Origin: a virus
Taxonomy: Duplodnaviria; Caudoviricetes
Virus record (IMG/VR): IMGVR_UViG_3300029288_000063
Span: 160,001 to 224,000 of that record
Reading direction: 5' to 3' (one strand)
Length of the DNA stretch: 64,000 nt
A program made the position numbers and the translations under genes. The notes beneath the pieces are model-generated. The model was not told the origin of the DNA and did not search any database. It saw only the letters and a list, made by a program, of their open reading frames with translations. Below are positions 9,846 to 21,018 of this stretch, one piece after another. The first letter of the stretch is position 1, and each line of letters opens with the position of its first letter.

Positions 9846-10595
9846 ATGGGTATAACGAAGACGGCGGTTCACCCGTCCGGTATCACAATCACGTTTACTG
9901 AGGAAGACCACAAGTATGTGGACTCCCGTGGCATGCCGTATAAGTCTGTGACGACGTTTATCCACGAGAATTTTCCCGTGTTCGATACCGAGGGTATTTC
10001 GGCAAAGTATGCTGCCAAGCGTGGATTGAATCAGGAAGACGTGAAGAGGGAATGGAAGGAAAATGGCGAGCGGGCGGCGGCGTATGGGACGCGTGTCCAT
10101 GCGTTTGCCGAGGCCAAATTGTGTGGGTATGAAATACCACAGCCAACCGACGAGATGGATTGTGCGTCGTTTGAGGCGGTTCGGGCGTATATCGAAAATG
10201 ACCTGTTGAAGCACAACACGTTTCTTGAATCTGAGAAAATCATTTTCAGCCCGAAGTTGTATCTCTCTGGAACCATCGACCTGCTCGTGAAAGACCGGAG
10301 TGGTCGGTTGTTCATTCTGGACTGGAAGACGAACAAAGAGCTGAAGCTCGGGAATGGGTATCAGTCGGGACTTGGGTGTTTGGAGCACTTGGATGACTGC
10401 AACTTCGTTCATTATAGCATCCAGTTGAACCTGTATCGTCGTCTGTTGGAGGACGAGGGGTACTTTCGTTCAGCCAAAGATGCCGGTATGGCGTTGTTGT
10501 TCGTTCGTCGTTCGCCGTCTTTCAAGGTAGAGGTCTATCCGGTAGACCGTATGGATGACGAGATAGATTGTTTGCTGGGAAGTATTTCCCGATAA
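9846..10595 (+). CDS. PD-(D/E)XK exonuclease (Cas4/RecB-like nuclease family)
   Basis: SVTT, GTRVH, E...SGTIDL...ILDWKT, YSIQLNLY. Confidence 0.75.
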   Translation: MGITKTAVHPSGITITFTEEDHKYVDSRGMPYKSVTTFIHENFPVFDTEGISAKYAAKRGLNQEDVKREWKENGERAAAYGTRVHAFAEAKLCGYEIPQPTDEMDCASFEAVRAYIENDLLKHNTFLESEKIIFSPKLYLSGTIDLLVKDRSGRLFILDWKTNKELKLGNGYQSGLGCLEHLDDCNFVHYSIQLNLYRRLLEDEGYFRSAKDAGMALLFVRRSPSFKVEVYPVDRMDDEIDCLLGSISR

Positions 10596-10601
10596 TTTTT
10601 C

Positions 10602-10628
10602 CCAGTTTTTCCTCGGTGGGTCGATGGT
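10602..10628 (+). promoter_or_regulatory. phage-type bipartite promoter motif, copy 1
   Basis: CCAGTTTT-N12-CGATGGT upstream of the 10673 gene. Confidence 0.7.
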
Positions 10629-10672
10629 GTGTTGTAGGGAATAAAACATAAACCCTTTCGAGGAGAAACGAG

Positions 10673-11107
10673 ATGGCGAAGAATCTGACTGCTGGTGCCG
10701 TGGTTGCCGTTGGTAAGGCTGTGAAGGATGCCGCCCTGAAGTCCGCCGCGTCCGAAATGAAGGCGGGCACCTACAACGTGGACGTGACCGTTCACGTAAC
10801 CGGCGAATATACCGTCGGTGAAGCCTATGAGCAGCGCGTGGTTGCCAAGGCGAAGCCGTGGACCCTGCTTGCCGTCGCCCTGAACGAGCTGAACAAGAAC
10901 CTGTCGGCTGCGGGCGAAGCCGGTCTGGACATGGAAAAGCTGATTACTATGGCGGAGAAGGTTGACCCGTCCCTCGCCGACAAAGCGGAGGCGGATGCCG
11001 CCGAAGCCATTCAGAAGGTCAAGGCACCAACCGTGCAGACCTGCAACGGAAAGATTACCACCAAGCTGGCGGTCGAGGTGGTGAATGAGTCCGTGACTAC
11101 AAAGTGA
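10673..11107 (+). CDS. hypothetical protein, probably highly expressed
   Basis: GAGGAG RBS, biased codons, own promoter motif and terminator. Confidence 0.8.
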   Translation: MAKNLTAGAVVAVGKAVKDAALKSAASEMKAGTYNVDVTVHVTGEYTVGEAYEQRVVAKAKPWTLLAVALNELNKNLSAAGEAGLDMEKLITMAEKVDPSLADKAEADAAEAIQKVKAPTVQTCNGKITTKLAVEVVNESVTTK

Positions 11108-11137
11108 GACTCCTTGGCGGCAACCTCTTGCCGTATA

Positions 11138-11172
11138 GAACCCCGACTCGTCGTCGGGGTTCAGTTTTTTTT
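11138..11172 (+). terminator. rho-independent terminator
   Basis: GAACCCCGAC-tcgtc-GTCGGGGTTC stem followed by a T tract. Confidence 0.85.
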
Positions 11173-11180
11173 GTTTTTCG

Positions 11181-11207
11181 CCAATTTTCCATTCCCCGAA
11201 CGATAGT
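11181..11207 (+). promoter_or_regulatory. bipartite promoter motif, copy 2
   Basis: CCAATTTT-N12-CGATAGT. Confidence 0.7.
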
Positions 11208-11252
11208 CTTGTGTGAAAAGAAGAAGAACCCAAAACAAAAAAGGATAAAATC

Positions 11253-11516
11253 ATGGCGAACGATACAGTCGAAGACACGGTGGTTTGCACAAACGGCGTC
11301 GAATACACGCGCACACAGCTTCTTGCGGCTTTCGAGAGAATCACCAACAAGGACAACTGGAAGCTGCCGCTGCACGGCACCATCAAAGAGAACGAGTTCG
11401 ACCTTGTCAACGATGCGGCGATTTTCTTCGCGGGTTCGCCCCTGAGCATCCTCAAGAGGGACGGGGACATGGTTGAGGTTCACGGGTTGGGTTACTACGC
11501 ATACATCGGAGCGTGA
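11253..11516 (+). CDS. hypothetical protein
   Basis: AAGGA RBS; C-terminal GYYAYIGA. Confidence 0.75.
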   Translation: MANDTVEDTVVCTNGVEYTRTQLLAAFERITNKDNWKLPLHGTIKENEFDLVNDAAIFFAGSPLSILKRDGDMVEVHGLGYYAYIGA

Positions 11517-11527
11517 AGGGAGAGACC

Positions 11528-11776
11528 ATGAGTATGCCACTGTTTCTGGTGATTTTCGGCGGGATGTTCACATTTGTTGGCGCGGTTGGCATGTTGGCGA
11601 TCATGTGGCAACTCGCACGCTCCTTCAAAGCAACCGAAGGGGTTCCCGTTCAGGAGTGCGGACACCTGTTCTTCGGAAAGCTCTCTGCGTATGCAGGTGC
11701 CATTACTATTTTCGGGTGCGGGTTGTTGCTCTTGATCACAGGGTTCCTGTGGCGCATTGTTCAGATGTGTTTTTGA
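11528..11776 (+). CDS. small membrane protein (2 TM segments)
   Basis: two hydrophobic stretches; GGGAGAG RBS. Confidence 0.7.
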   Translation: MSMPLFLVIFGGMFTFVGAVGMLAIMWQLARSFKATEGVPVQECGHLFFGKLSAYAGAITIFGCGLLLLITGFLWRIVQMCF

Positions 11777-11789
11777 ATGGAGGGCGAAC

Positions 11790-12362
11790 ATGGCAATCGA
11801 AGTCAAGGTGCCTGACGGACAGTCTGGCGTGTGGTCGGTAGAGACCTTCGTTGTTGACGAGGAAGGGGCGCGTCTGGCAAACCTGCGTGCCGCGTTCCGC
11901 AGTGGTCGGTATATCAATACGGGGACGTACAAGCGTCTCTGCCGTGGCTCGGTCATCGTGATGTCCAACACCCCCGCCGAGATTAGCGACCACCTCGGCT
12001 TCATTTGGAAAGCCCAAAAGGTCGAGAACGTCCTCATCAACGGTCTTGGTCTTGGTGTTGCCCTGTCGGAAATCCTCAAAAGCTCCGTTGTGAAGCGTGT
12101 CGATGTTGTTGAAATCTCCGAGGACGTCATCAAGCTGGTTGCGCCGACCTTCCAATCCGACAAGCGGGTCAATATCATCCATGCGGACGCGTTCGAGTAT
12201 AAGCCAGAAAGCGGCGTTCGGTATGGCGCGGTCTGGCACGATGTGTGGGACTATATCACTTGGGACAACCTCGAAGGGATGAAGAAGCTGCATCGCAAGT
12301 ATGGGCGGCGGTGTGACTGGCAGGGTTCGTGGTGCCGTGGTTTGTGTGAACGCGGTCGTTGA
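11790..12362 (+). CDS. SAM-dependent methyltransferase, spermidine-synthase-like
   Basis: VLINGLGLG, VDVVEISEDVI, HADAF, WHDVWD. Confidence 0.75.
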   Translation: MAIEVKVPDGQSGVWSVETFVVDEEGARLANLRAAFRSGRYINTGTYKRLCRGSVIVMSNTPAEISDHLGFIWKAQKVENVLINGLGLGVALSEILKSSVVKRVDVVEISEDVIKLVAPTFQSDKRVNIIHADAFEYKPESGVRYGAVWHDVWDYITWDNLEGMKKLHRKYGRRCDWQGSWCRGLCERGR

Positions 12363-12402
12363 TTTGTGTTCCTGACAACAAGATTCAGAGAGGAGAAAAC
12401 AG

Positions 12403-12621
12403 ATGGAGATTACTCGCAGAAGCCAGTTGACGGATGAACCTGATAATCGTGACGATGATTGCAAGCACGAGTGGGTAGTTGAGCCTATTCGGGATGCAAA
12501 CTTCGGCGTTACTTTCGGTAACATAAGAACGTGTTCTATTTGTGGCTTGCGCCAGCATGCTGACTCAACACAGGGGCGTTCTGGTGGTGACTGGGTCGTG
12601 ATGAAGGACAAGGAAATCTGA
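12403..12621 (+). CDS. hypothetical small Zn-ribbon-like protein
   Basis: CKHEW...CSICG; GAGGAG RBS. Confidence 0.6.
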   Translation: MEITRRSQLTDEPDNRDDDCKHEWVVEPIRDANFGVTFGNIRTCSICGLRQHADSTQGRSGGDWVVMKDKEI

Positions 12622-12623
12622 TT

Positions 12624-12830
12624 ATGGAAATCATTCGCAAGAGTCCGTTTTCCGGTGTGATTCACGCGATGGACTTGGACGTGACACAGGAACAACTCGA
12701 CCGATTCGATAATGGTCGTGGTGAGTTTGTTCAGGTTGTCTTTTCGCACCTGTCGCCGGGTGAGCGTGAGTTTATCAAAACCGGCATAACGCCTGAAGAG
12801 TGGGACGCGATGTTTGGCGACGAGGTGTAG
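12624..12830 (+). CDS. hypothetical phage protein
   Basis: LSPGEREFIKTGITPEEWD motif; AAGGA RBS. Confidence 0.7.
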   Translation: MEIIRKSPFSGVIHAMDLDVTQEQLDRFDNGRGEFVQVVFSHLSPGEREFIKTGITPEEWDAMFGDEV

Positions 12831-12847
12831 TTATTTGTTGAAAGCTC

Positions 12848-12874
12848 AGAGTTTTTTCTCTCTTGTGCGATGGT
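12848..12874 (+). promoter_or_regulatory. bipartite promoter motif, copy 3
   Basis: AGAGTTTT-N12-CGATGGT. Confidence 0.6.
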
Positions 12875-12893
12875 TCTCCAAAGGAGAATTATC

Positions 12894-13691
12894 GTGAAAC
12901 GATGCAATATCTGTATAGAAGAGGAATGTAAGGGCAAGCGTTGTTGCAACTGCGACACATGCGACAAGAAGGAACGTTGTGTCAAGGTGTTGCGTCCGAC
13001 CATTCGTATTACCACGAAGTGCACGCAAGCGTGTACCCATTGCTGCTTCGAATGTTCCCCGAAGAAAAACGACATGATGACCGTCGATATGGCTCGTCAG
13101 ATTGTAACGTTTTTCAAGTCGAATGATATTCGCATCATCTCAATCATGGGTGGCGAGGTTTGCTGCAATCCGGATTGGCGCGAAATCGTTTCGCTGCTTT
13201 TGGAAAACGTTGACTACTGCCGCTTGGTGACCAATAGCGACACCGTTGTGGAACGCGGCGCGGCGAAGTTTCTGTCGGGGTTCACCAACCTGAAAGTCTC
13301 CGTATCCAAGGACCGTTGGCACAATAACGAAAACGTGAAGAGGGCGGTTGCCGCCCTGCGTCGCCACAAGGTGCGGTTTGATGTTGCGACGCCAGAAAGA
13401 ACCACGGAAGAGTCCATTGTTCCGGTTGGTCGTGGCGAGCTGTTCCATAGTATGTATTCAATGTTTTCCTGTCACTGCATGAATCCGGATTATCGTTACG
13501 CGTTTCTCATCGACGAGATTGGTCGGATTTACAAGTGCGGGTTCGGCTCGTGGAACTATGCCGAAGTGTCTGAATATGTCGATGGTGGTTTCGATGAGCG
13601 TTTCAAGGAGTTCAATCAGGCGTTTTTCAAGGCGTTTGTTCCGAGTTGCTCGTCGTGTATCCGGGCGTGGGAAAGAAGGAAGCCGAGATGA
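12894..13691 (+). CDS. radical SAM protein with Cys-rich N-terminus
   Basis: CTQACTHC (CxxxCxxC), MGGE, VTN, C-terminal CSSC. Confidence 0.85.
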   Translation: MKRCNICIEEECKGKRCCNCDTCDKKERCVKVLRPTIRITTKCTQACTHCCFECSPKKNDMMTVDMARQIVTFFKSNDIRIISIMGGEVCCNPDWREIVSLLLENVDYCRLVTNSDTVVERGAAKFLSGFTNLKVSVSKDRWHNNENVKRAVAALRRHKVRFDVATPERTTEESIVPVGRGELFHSMYSMFSCHCMNPDYRYAFLIDEIGRIYKCGFGSWNYAEVSEYVDGGFDERFKEFNQAFFKAFVPSCSSCIRAWERRKPR

Positions 13692-14332
13692 ACATCGAAT
13701 CACTTGGCGCGATGCCACTTTGTGAAATCGAAAAACAGATATCCGAAGGCGGCGTGTTGCTTATGATGGGTGGCGATGACGAGTTGTCTGTTGCGTCTGT
13801 CAATCAGCAGCACGGCGTTCGTGCCGCTGCCATTGCTGTTATTGCCTATTGGTTTGTGGACCAGTATGGTGACCGTCTTGCCCTGCAAGCGTCTGTTGAC
13901 CTGTGGGAGAAAGCTGCAAAAAAGTCCAATATGAAGAAAGCGGCAGACAAGGTGGCTTTTTGTGCCCAAAGTCTGGACGAGTTGCTGGCGTGGGGTGGTT
14001 GTGCTGTGGAGGCTCCGTCTATAGAGTGTTCGGAGTCTCTTTCGCCGGACGAGCTGTTGTCTCTTGGGAACTTTTTGGCACTCGTTGCCTTGAAGCGTCA
14101 CGTTTTCGAAGATTGCACCACCTCTCAAAACCTCGCGTTTTTGTTTTTGCCGGGGGTGTTGCAGGATATCCTGTCGGGATTCCAAAAGTCGAAAAAAGGA
14201 AAAAATCCCGTAGTTCGTCCAGAAAATCTTCCGTTTGACGATACTCCTTCATACAAAGGAGGAATCGACAATGATTCAGAACGGAACGGTTACAATTCAG
14301 AATGTCAAAACCGGCGAACATCGTACGTTTAA
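13688..14332 (+). CDS. hypothetical protein (3' end runs through the next promoter and gene start)
   Basis: ATGA-coupled to the radical SAM gene. Confidence 0.55.
   Translation: MNIESLGAMPLCEIEKQISEGGVLLMMGGDDELSVASVNQQHGVRAAAIAVIAYWFVDQYGDRLALQASVDLWEKAAKKSNMKKAADKVAFCAQSLDELLAWGGCAVEAPSIECSESLSPDELLSLGNFLALVALKRHVFEDCTTSQNLAFLFLPGVLQDILSGFQKSKKGKNPVVRPENLPFDDTPSYKGGIDNDSERNGYNSECQNRRTSYV
14219..14245 (+). promoter_or_regulatory. bipartite promoter motif, copy 4
   Basis: CCAGAAAA-N12-CGATACT, same spacing as the other copies. Confidence 0.5.
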
Positions 14333-14708
14333 GATTGCCACGGTTCGTGAGGGCAATCTTGAGGGAAAGCGTATCGTGTCGCTGTTGACCGGTGCTGATA
14401 ACGAGAACAGCTACTCGGGTTTCGCGTTTGTGTCGGACGACGGTGAGATTGTCAATGTCTGGCGCAAGAAGGTGTCGCCGACGTTCAGTTTCTATGCGTC
14501 GATGATGGTTCAGGCGTTCCGTTCCCTTGAATCCGTCTTTGATGCCGAGGTGGAGACGGTTTCGGCTGTGTTCGTCATGTCGGGTCGTGAGTATTCGGTC
14601 ACGTTGGAAAAGCGTTGCCGTTGCTGCAACCGCAAACTGACGACCCCGGCGTCCCTGAAGGCAGGTTTTGGACCCGAGTGTGCAAAGCGTCTTGGTGTGG
14701 CGTGGTAA
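14271..14708 (+). CDS. DUF6011-like zinc-finger protein
   Basis: RCRCCNRKLTTPASLKAGFGPECAK; AGGAGG RBS. Confidence 0.75.
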   Translation: MIQNGTVTIQNVKTGEHRTFKIATVREGNLEGKRIVSLLTGADNENSYSGFAFVSDDGEIVNVWRKKVSPTFSFYASMMVQAFRSLESVFDAEVETVSAVFVMSGREYSVTLEKRCRCCNRKLTTPASLKAGFGPECAKRLGVAW

Positions 14709-14718
14709 GGAGGGAATC

Positions 14719-15045
14719 ATGGCTGGAACGTTCACGCCGGGCGAGTGGTTCGCAAAGCAGCGCAGGGTTGGCGAATATCTGTTCAACTGGCAGGTTGTCG
14801 TTCAAGGCGGGTATTTCAAGGAGAATGGCAAAAGAATCGCCGTGGCTGCCTTTGGTGGGTCCGACGCCGAAGCAAATGCTCGCCTGAGTGCCAAGTCGCC
14901 AGAGATGTATCGGCTGTTGCAGGACATTCGGCACCAGCTTGCGACGGACAGCGACTTGGAAGGGCTTGTTGGTGCGCCGAAGTATCAGGCGATTGTCGAC
15001 CTTATTGATAAGCTCGACGAAGAAGTGAAAAAGCGGGACGGATAA
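14719..15045 (+). CDS. hypothetical phage protein
   Basis: TPGEW...EANARL...P.M motif common in phage early genes. Confidence 0.7.
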   Translation: MAGTFTPGEWFAKQRRVGEYLFNWQVVVQGGYFKENGKRIAVAAFGGSDAEANARLSAKSPEMYRLLQDIRHQLATDSDLEGLVGAPKYQAIVDLIDKLDEEVKKRDG

Positions 15046-15060
15046 AAAGATTTTTCCCTC

Positions 15061-15087
15061 CGATTTTTTCCCTGTCTGAACGATGTT
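15061..15087 (+). promoter_or_regulatory. bipartite promoter motif, copy 5
   Basis: CGATTTTT-N12-CGATGTT; shares gaacgat..tcttgtgtgaaa with copy 2. Confidence 0.7.
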
Positions 15088-15131
15088 CTTGTGTGAAACA
15101 ACAACAAGGATAACGAAAGGGAGAACAGGAC

Positions 15132-15362
15132 ATGTCGAATTTTGTCGAGATAGCTGATTTCCTCGAAGTGAATCTGAAAGCCATGTGTGTCGAGCTTCGC
15201 GACATGCGTAAGACGGGCACCCTCAAAAACGAAGGATTGGTCATGCAACTGGCGCACATGTGTCAAAGCGACGAGATGAACGCTGACGATGCCATCTGGT
15301 GTGTCACATCGCTTGTTCGGGAGCTGGCGGTGGATTTCGTCGTCAATAACGCAAAAACCTGA
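15132..15362 (+). CDS. hypothetical protein
   Basis: RBS and upstream promoter motif. Confidence 0.65.
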   Translation: MSNFVEIADFLEVNLKAMCVELRDMRKTGTLKNEGLVMQLAHMCQSDEMNADDAIWCVTSLVRELAVDFVVNNAKT

Positions 15363-15374
15363 AGGAGAATACCG

Positions 15375-15560
15375 ATGAAGCGCATGGACCACAGAGCATA
15401 TCCGCTTTCGCTGCGCAAGAAGTCCGTGGAGCAGCTTCGGTTCATTATCAAGGACGCGGGCGATGCGATGCGGGCTATGCCGGATGGTGAGAACGCCGAT
15501 TACTATGCCGACGAAGTCAACTATGCGAGTATGGAGCTGCGTCTGCGAGGTGTCCGGTGA
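15375..15560 (+). CDS. hypothetical phage protein
   Basis: LRFIIKDA...YYADEV motif; AAGGAG RBS. Confidence 0.7.
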   Translation: MKRMDHRAYPLSLRKKSVEQLRFIIKDAGDAMRAMPDGENADYYADEVNYASMELRLRGVR

Positions 15561-16049
15561 GTATGGTAGATTTCCTCATGCAGAACGTCGAGGGTTGTCG
15601 TAGGCTCGACCTCTGTCATAAGGCATGTTTGTGGTGCTGATTTTGTTTTGAAAAACGGCATGCCATTCAGGTTTGAAAGCCTTCCGGTTCACGTCGCCCG
15701 TGGTGAGCCGCGTCAGTGTTTTTATAACGCCTTTGTGGCGATGATGGACAATGACGGTTTAACCTACTGTGAAGGCTTCGCGTGTGGTGATAGTGAGTTC
15801 GCCCACCTGCATGCGTGGTGTATTGATGAGGATGGTGTTGTGGTTGACCCAACTTGGGAGTCCGGAGTGGAATACGTTGGTGTTCCATTCTCGTCGTCCT
15901 TTGTCCTGAAGAGTGTTTTGAAGTCTGGTTGCAGTCTCATTGATGATTGGAAGAAGAAATGGCCGCTGCTTTCCGGTGCCGTGTCGGTAGAATCAGTGAT
16001 AAGTTGTGATTGGTTTGAATTGTGGGAAAAACGTCCAGTTTTGTGTTAA
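15557..16049 (+). pseudogene. hypothetical protein apparently split by a +1 frameshift near 15635
   Basis: coupled ORF 15557-15640 (MSMVDFLMQN...) stops where the +1 frame continues ADFVLKNG...CFYNA...HAWC...VDPTW with no RBS of its own. Confidence 0.5.
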
Positions 16050-16061
16050 ACCCCCGATGTT
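16035..16061 (+). promoter_or_regulatory. bipartite promoter motif, copy 6
   Basis: CCAGTTTT-N12-CGATGTT. Confidence 0.7.
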
Positions 16062-16076
16062 ATGTAAAGGAGGGGT

Positions 16077-16481
16077 ATGATGGAAATACATAACCGTCGT
16101 GAGCTTGCCGATAAGGTGTTGGCGTGTCTGCTTGATGCTTTGAAAAACATTAACGCCGACAAGGACGCGAGTGCTTCTGTTGGCTCGTATCAGAATGGTC
16201 GTGAGCAGGGTCACTCCCTGTTTGTCACCAACTATAGTGGGACAAAGTTCAAGTCTTTGTGGGTCGGTTTTGCGGAGCATCGTATTTCGGACGACATTGT
16301 TGTGTATTTCGACGACAACGACCCGATGCAGTCCATTACCAATTCCATGTATGATAACTCATACCACTTCGGTTGCGATGAGGTTGATGGTGCTGTGAAT
16401 TTTATCGTATCCATTGTTGACCGTGTTGTCGTGCAGGGTGGCAAGAAAAAGACTCACAAGAAGAAAGACAACAACGCATGA
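16077..16481 (+). CDS. hypothetical phage protein
   Basis: NGREQG...FAEHRISDDIVVY; AGGAGG RBS. Confidence 0.7.
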   Translation: MMEIHNRRELADKVLACLLDALKNINADKDASASVGSYQNGREQGHSLFVTNYSGTKFKSLWVGFAEHRISDDIVVYFDDNDPMQSITNSMYDNSYHFGCDEVDGAVNFIVSIVDRVVVQGGKKKTHKKKDNNA

Positions 16482-16939
16482 GAAACGAGTTTCCAGAAAA
16501 CACGGAAGAGCAAAACCGTATTCCCCGTGAGATGGTTGCCCTTGCCGAAGCTATTGCGAGAAAAGTCCATAATGGTCAGTTTCGTCGCTGTGGTTTGCCG
16601 TATATTGTTCACCCGGAGGATGTTGTTCGTCGGCTGCGGGAAACATACCCGGAAGATTTTTCCGTTCACTCTGTTGGTTGGTTGCATGATGTTCTTGAGG
16701 ACTCTGACATGCACCCGCAAGACCTGATTCGTGAAGGAATAACATGGGATGCCACATATGCCGTTTCCGTGATGACCAAGCACAAAGGGGAGAGGTACGA
16801 GGAATATCTCATTCGGGTCAAAGAAAACGATTTGGCGCGGCGCGTGAAGATTGCCGATATCCGTTCCAATCTTTCTGATGCACCAAAACCGGAAACAGCG
16901 GTAAAATATGAAAAGGCTTTGAAGTTTCTTGAAGGGTAA
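16478..16939 (+). CDS. HD-domain protein, small alarmone ((p)ppGpp) hydrolase / Mesh1-like
   Basis: HNGQFRRCGLPYIVHP, WLHDVLED, VKIADIRSNL. Confidence 0.8.
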   Translation: MRNEFPENTEEQNRIPREMVALAEAIARKVHNGQFRRCGLPYIVHPEDVVRRLRETYPEDFSVHSVGWLHDVLEDSDMHPQDLIREGITWDATYAVSVMTKHKGERYEEYLIRVKENDLARRVKIADIRSNLSDAPKPETAVKYEKALKFLEG

Positions 16940-16950
16940 TTTTTTGATAA

Positions 16951-18957
<2,007 letters not shown>

Positions 18958-18959
18958 TG

Positions 18960-19313
18960 ATGTCGCGAAATTATAATATGTATGTTGTGGTTCGCGGGTT
19001 CCGGAAGGAACGTATGCCGCAAATCGAAGAGGCGCTGTTGTCGGAGTGGGAGTTTGACGAAGATTGGATTGTGGATGAGAGCGATGCTTCTCGGTTGTCC
19101 ATATCCGGTGGCGGTGATGGGTGTCTGTGTGGTGGCGAATCGGAAGAAGAGTTTGCCGATAGTCTTGCGATGGCTGTAATGAAGGCGAACGGCGGAGCGT
19201 GTGAGGTTGGGGTTCGTGCGACATATTTGGAAGAGTTGCCGTTTGAGCGTTACATACGTGACGCTGATTGGTTTGAGGAAAACGTCCGTTCCTGCTTGGA
19301 GGTTGAGGGTTAA
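18960..19313 (+). CDS. hypothetical protein
   Basis: LCGGESEEEFA motif; operonic spacing. Confidence 0.65.
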   Translation: MSRNYNMYVVVRGFRKERMPQIEEALLSEWEFDEDWIVDESDASRLSISGGGDGCLCGGESEEEFADSLAMAVMKANGGACEVGVRATYLEELPFERYIRDADWFEENVRSCLEVEG

Positions 19314-19314
19314 A

Positions 19315-19719
19315 ATGTCGAAGATTGAACTTCAAGATACCACGAAGGATGTCGTCATGAAGATGACCGAGGGGAATCCCGGCGCACTTCAGGTGATTAT
19401 GGGTATCATTGAGTATGGTGGCAAGATTGACCCCGATGATGCGTTTGGTGGTTTTGGTTCCCTATTGCACCTCGACAACATCGGCGTGTATGGCTCGAAA
19501 ATCTGGATGCTGTTCAAATACATTTGTGGGTGCAACCTTTCCCACACCATCGCCATGATTCGCGCAGTACAGCTTGGCATTCTGCCGGAGAAGGAATTGC
19601 TGGATGCCCTGAGTCGCCCGTATGCAAACGGAATCTTTGATGTTCCGTCGTATGTCGCGAAGGTAAAGGAACGTCTGAAGGCGTTCCGTGATGTTGGCGA
19701 TGTTGCGGAATTGGTGTAG
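19315..19719 (+). CDS. hypothetical phage protein
   Basis: MTEGNPGAL...LDNIGVYGSKIWML. Confidence 0.7.
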   Translation: MSKIELQDTTKDVVMKMTEGNPGALQVIMGIIEYGGKIDPDDAFGGFGSLLHLDNIGVYGSKIWMLFKYICGCNLSHTIAMIRAVQLGILPEKELLDALSRPYANGIFDVPSYVAKVKERLKAFRDVGDVAELV

Positions 19720-19768
19720 TCTTGTAGGATCGTTGTGGGTCACACTTGATGCTTGAAGGAGAGGAATC

Positions 19769-20461
19769 GTGTCGCATTTCACCGTAATGGTTGTTACAGA
19801 TGAGCAGCCGACCAAAGAAATCCTCCACCGGATTCTGTTGCCGTGGCACGAATACGAATGCACAGGGTATGAGGACTTTGTCGAGTTCGTTCCCGCCGAG
19901 GAGTCCTTGGAGGAAATGCAAAAGAATTACGCCGAAAACGGACGCGAATCAACGTTTGAAGCGTTCGTCGGTGATTATTATGGATACCACAAAAACGAAG
20001 AGGGTGTTTTGGGTCGCAAGACGAATCCGAATGCGCGTTGGGATTGGTGGACTGTTGGCGGACGTTGGTCGAATTCCTTGATGAACAAAGAAGGTGTGTC
20101 CGGCGACTCGTTCAGGTTCGGTGATGTTGATTTTGATGGCATTCGGCGCAAGCGTGTTGAAAACGCCAACAGAGACTACGATGAAGCGTTCAAAAAGTAT
20201 CCGGAAGACGCCACCGCACGTTATTTCAACTTTGGTATCGAAGCTGGTGAAACGAAAGAGAAGTATGTGGCGCGTTTCGATGTCGCGTTTTCCGCTTTCG
20301 GCGTCGTGTTGGACGGCGAATGGATTGAGCGTGGGAAGATGGGGTGGTGGGCGTGTGTGTCCGACGAAAAGTCGACGGATGATTGGTCGAAGACGTGCGA
20401 AGTTGTTATGTCGAAGATTCGCCCCGACCAGTGGGTTACGATTGTTGATTGTCATATCTGA
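19769..20461 (+). CDS. hypothetical phage protein
   Basis: SHFTVMV...NPNARWDWWTVGGRW...GKMGWW...VDCHI. Confidence 0.75.
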   Translation: MSHFTVMVVTDEQPTKEILHRILLPWHEYECTGYEDFVEFVPAEESLEEMQKNYAENGRESTFEAFVGDYYGYHKNEEGVLGRKTNPNARWDWWTVGGRWSNSLMNKEGVSGDSFRFGDVDFDGIRRKRVENANRDYDEAFKKYPEDATARYFNFGIEAGETKEKYVARFDVAFSAFGVVLDGEWIERGKMGWWACVSDEKSTDDWSKTCEVVMSKIRPDQWVTIVDCHI

Positions 20462-20472
20462 AAGGTTTTCTC

Positions 20473-20982
20473 ATGGGTGATTTTCTTGATGCGGCAAAAA
20501 AGACACGTGAATATCTCGACTACCTTGAGACGCATTATCGTTGTGTTCAGGAAGCCGTTGATATTGTGTCTCAGTCAATGCTTCTGTCGGTAAACAGCTC
20601 GCTGTTGCAGCTTTTGCGCAAAGAGGTCGAACAGCATGACATGAGTAAGTTTTCCGAAGCCGAATTTGTTCAGTATCGTCGGAAGTTTTTCCCGACAGAT
20701 GCCGATAAGCTGGTGCCCGAAGAGGTGAAGTCCGGGTTTGATTCCGCGTGGGAACACCACAAGGAGAACAATCCGCACCACTTCGAGCGCCGGATGTTCG
20801 AAACGAACGGCGTTATGGGTGAGGTTAACGGTATGCACATGATTTGTGATTGGGTCGCCATGTCGCTTGCGAAAGGCGAAAAGTCGCCGAGGAAGTATTT
20901 CGAGTCAAAGCGTGAGGAGATGAAGCTTCCCCAGTGGCTTGAGGCGTGTGTATATACCGTTTGTAATTACATGGAGAGCTAG
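20473..20982 (+). CDS. HD-superfamily protein (DUF5662-like)
   Basis: HDMSKF, HHKENNPHH, MICDWVAM. Confidence 0.7.
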   Translation: MGDFLDAAKKTREYLDYLETHYRCVQEAVDIVSQSMLLSVNSSLLQLLRKEVEQHDMSKFSEAEFVQYRRKFFPTDADKLVPEEVKSGFDSAWEHHKENNPHHFERRMFETNGVMGEVNGMHMICDWVAMSLAKGEKSPRKYFESKREEMKLPQWLEACVYTVCNYMES

Positions 20983-21018
20983 GCTTCAATCCGTATTTGT
21001 GTTGTAAGGGGGTGCGCT

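Noticed and set aside
9846-10595. cas4 as part of a CRISPR-Cas locus
   Set aside because: No array or other cas genes are present and the Fe-S cysteine pattern is not evident; standalone nucleases of this type are common in phages.
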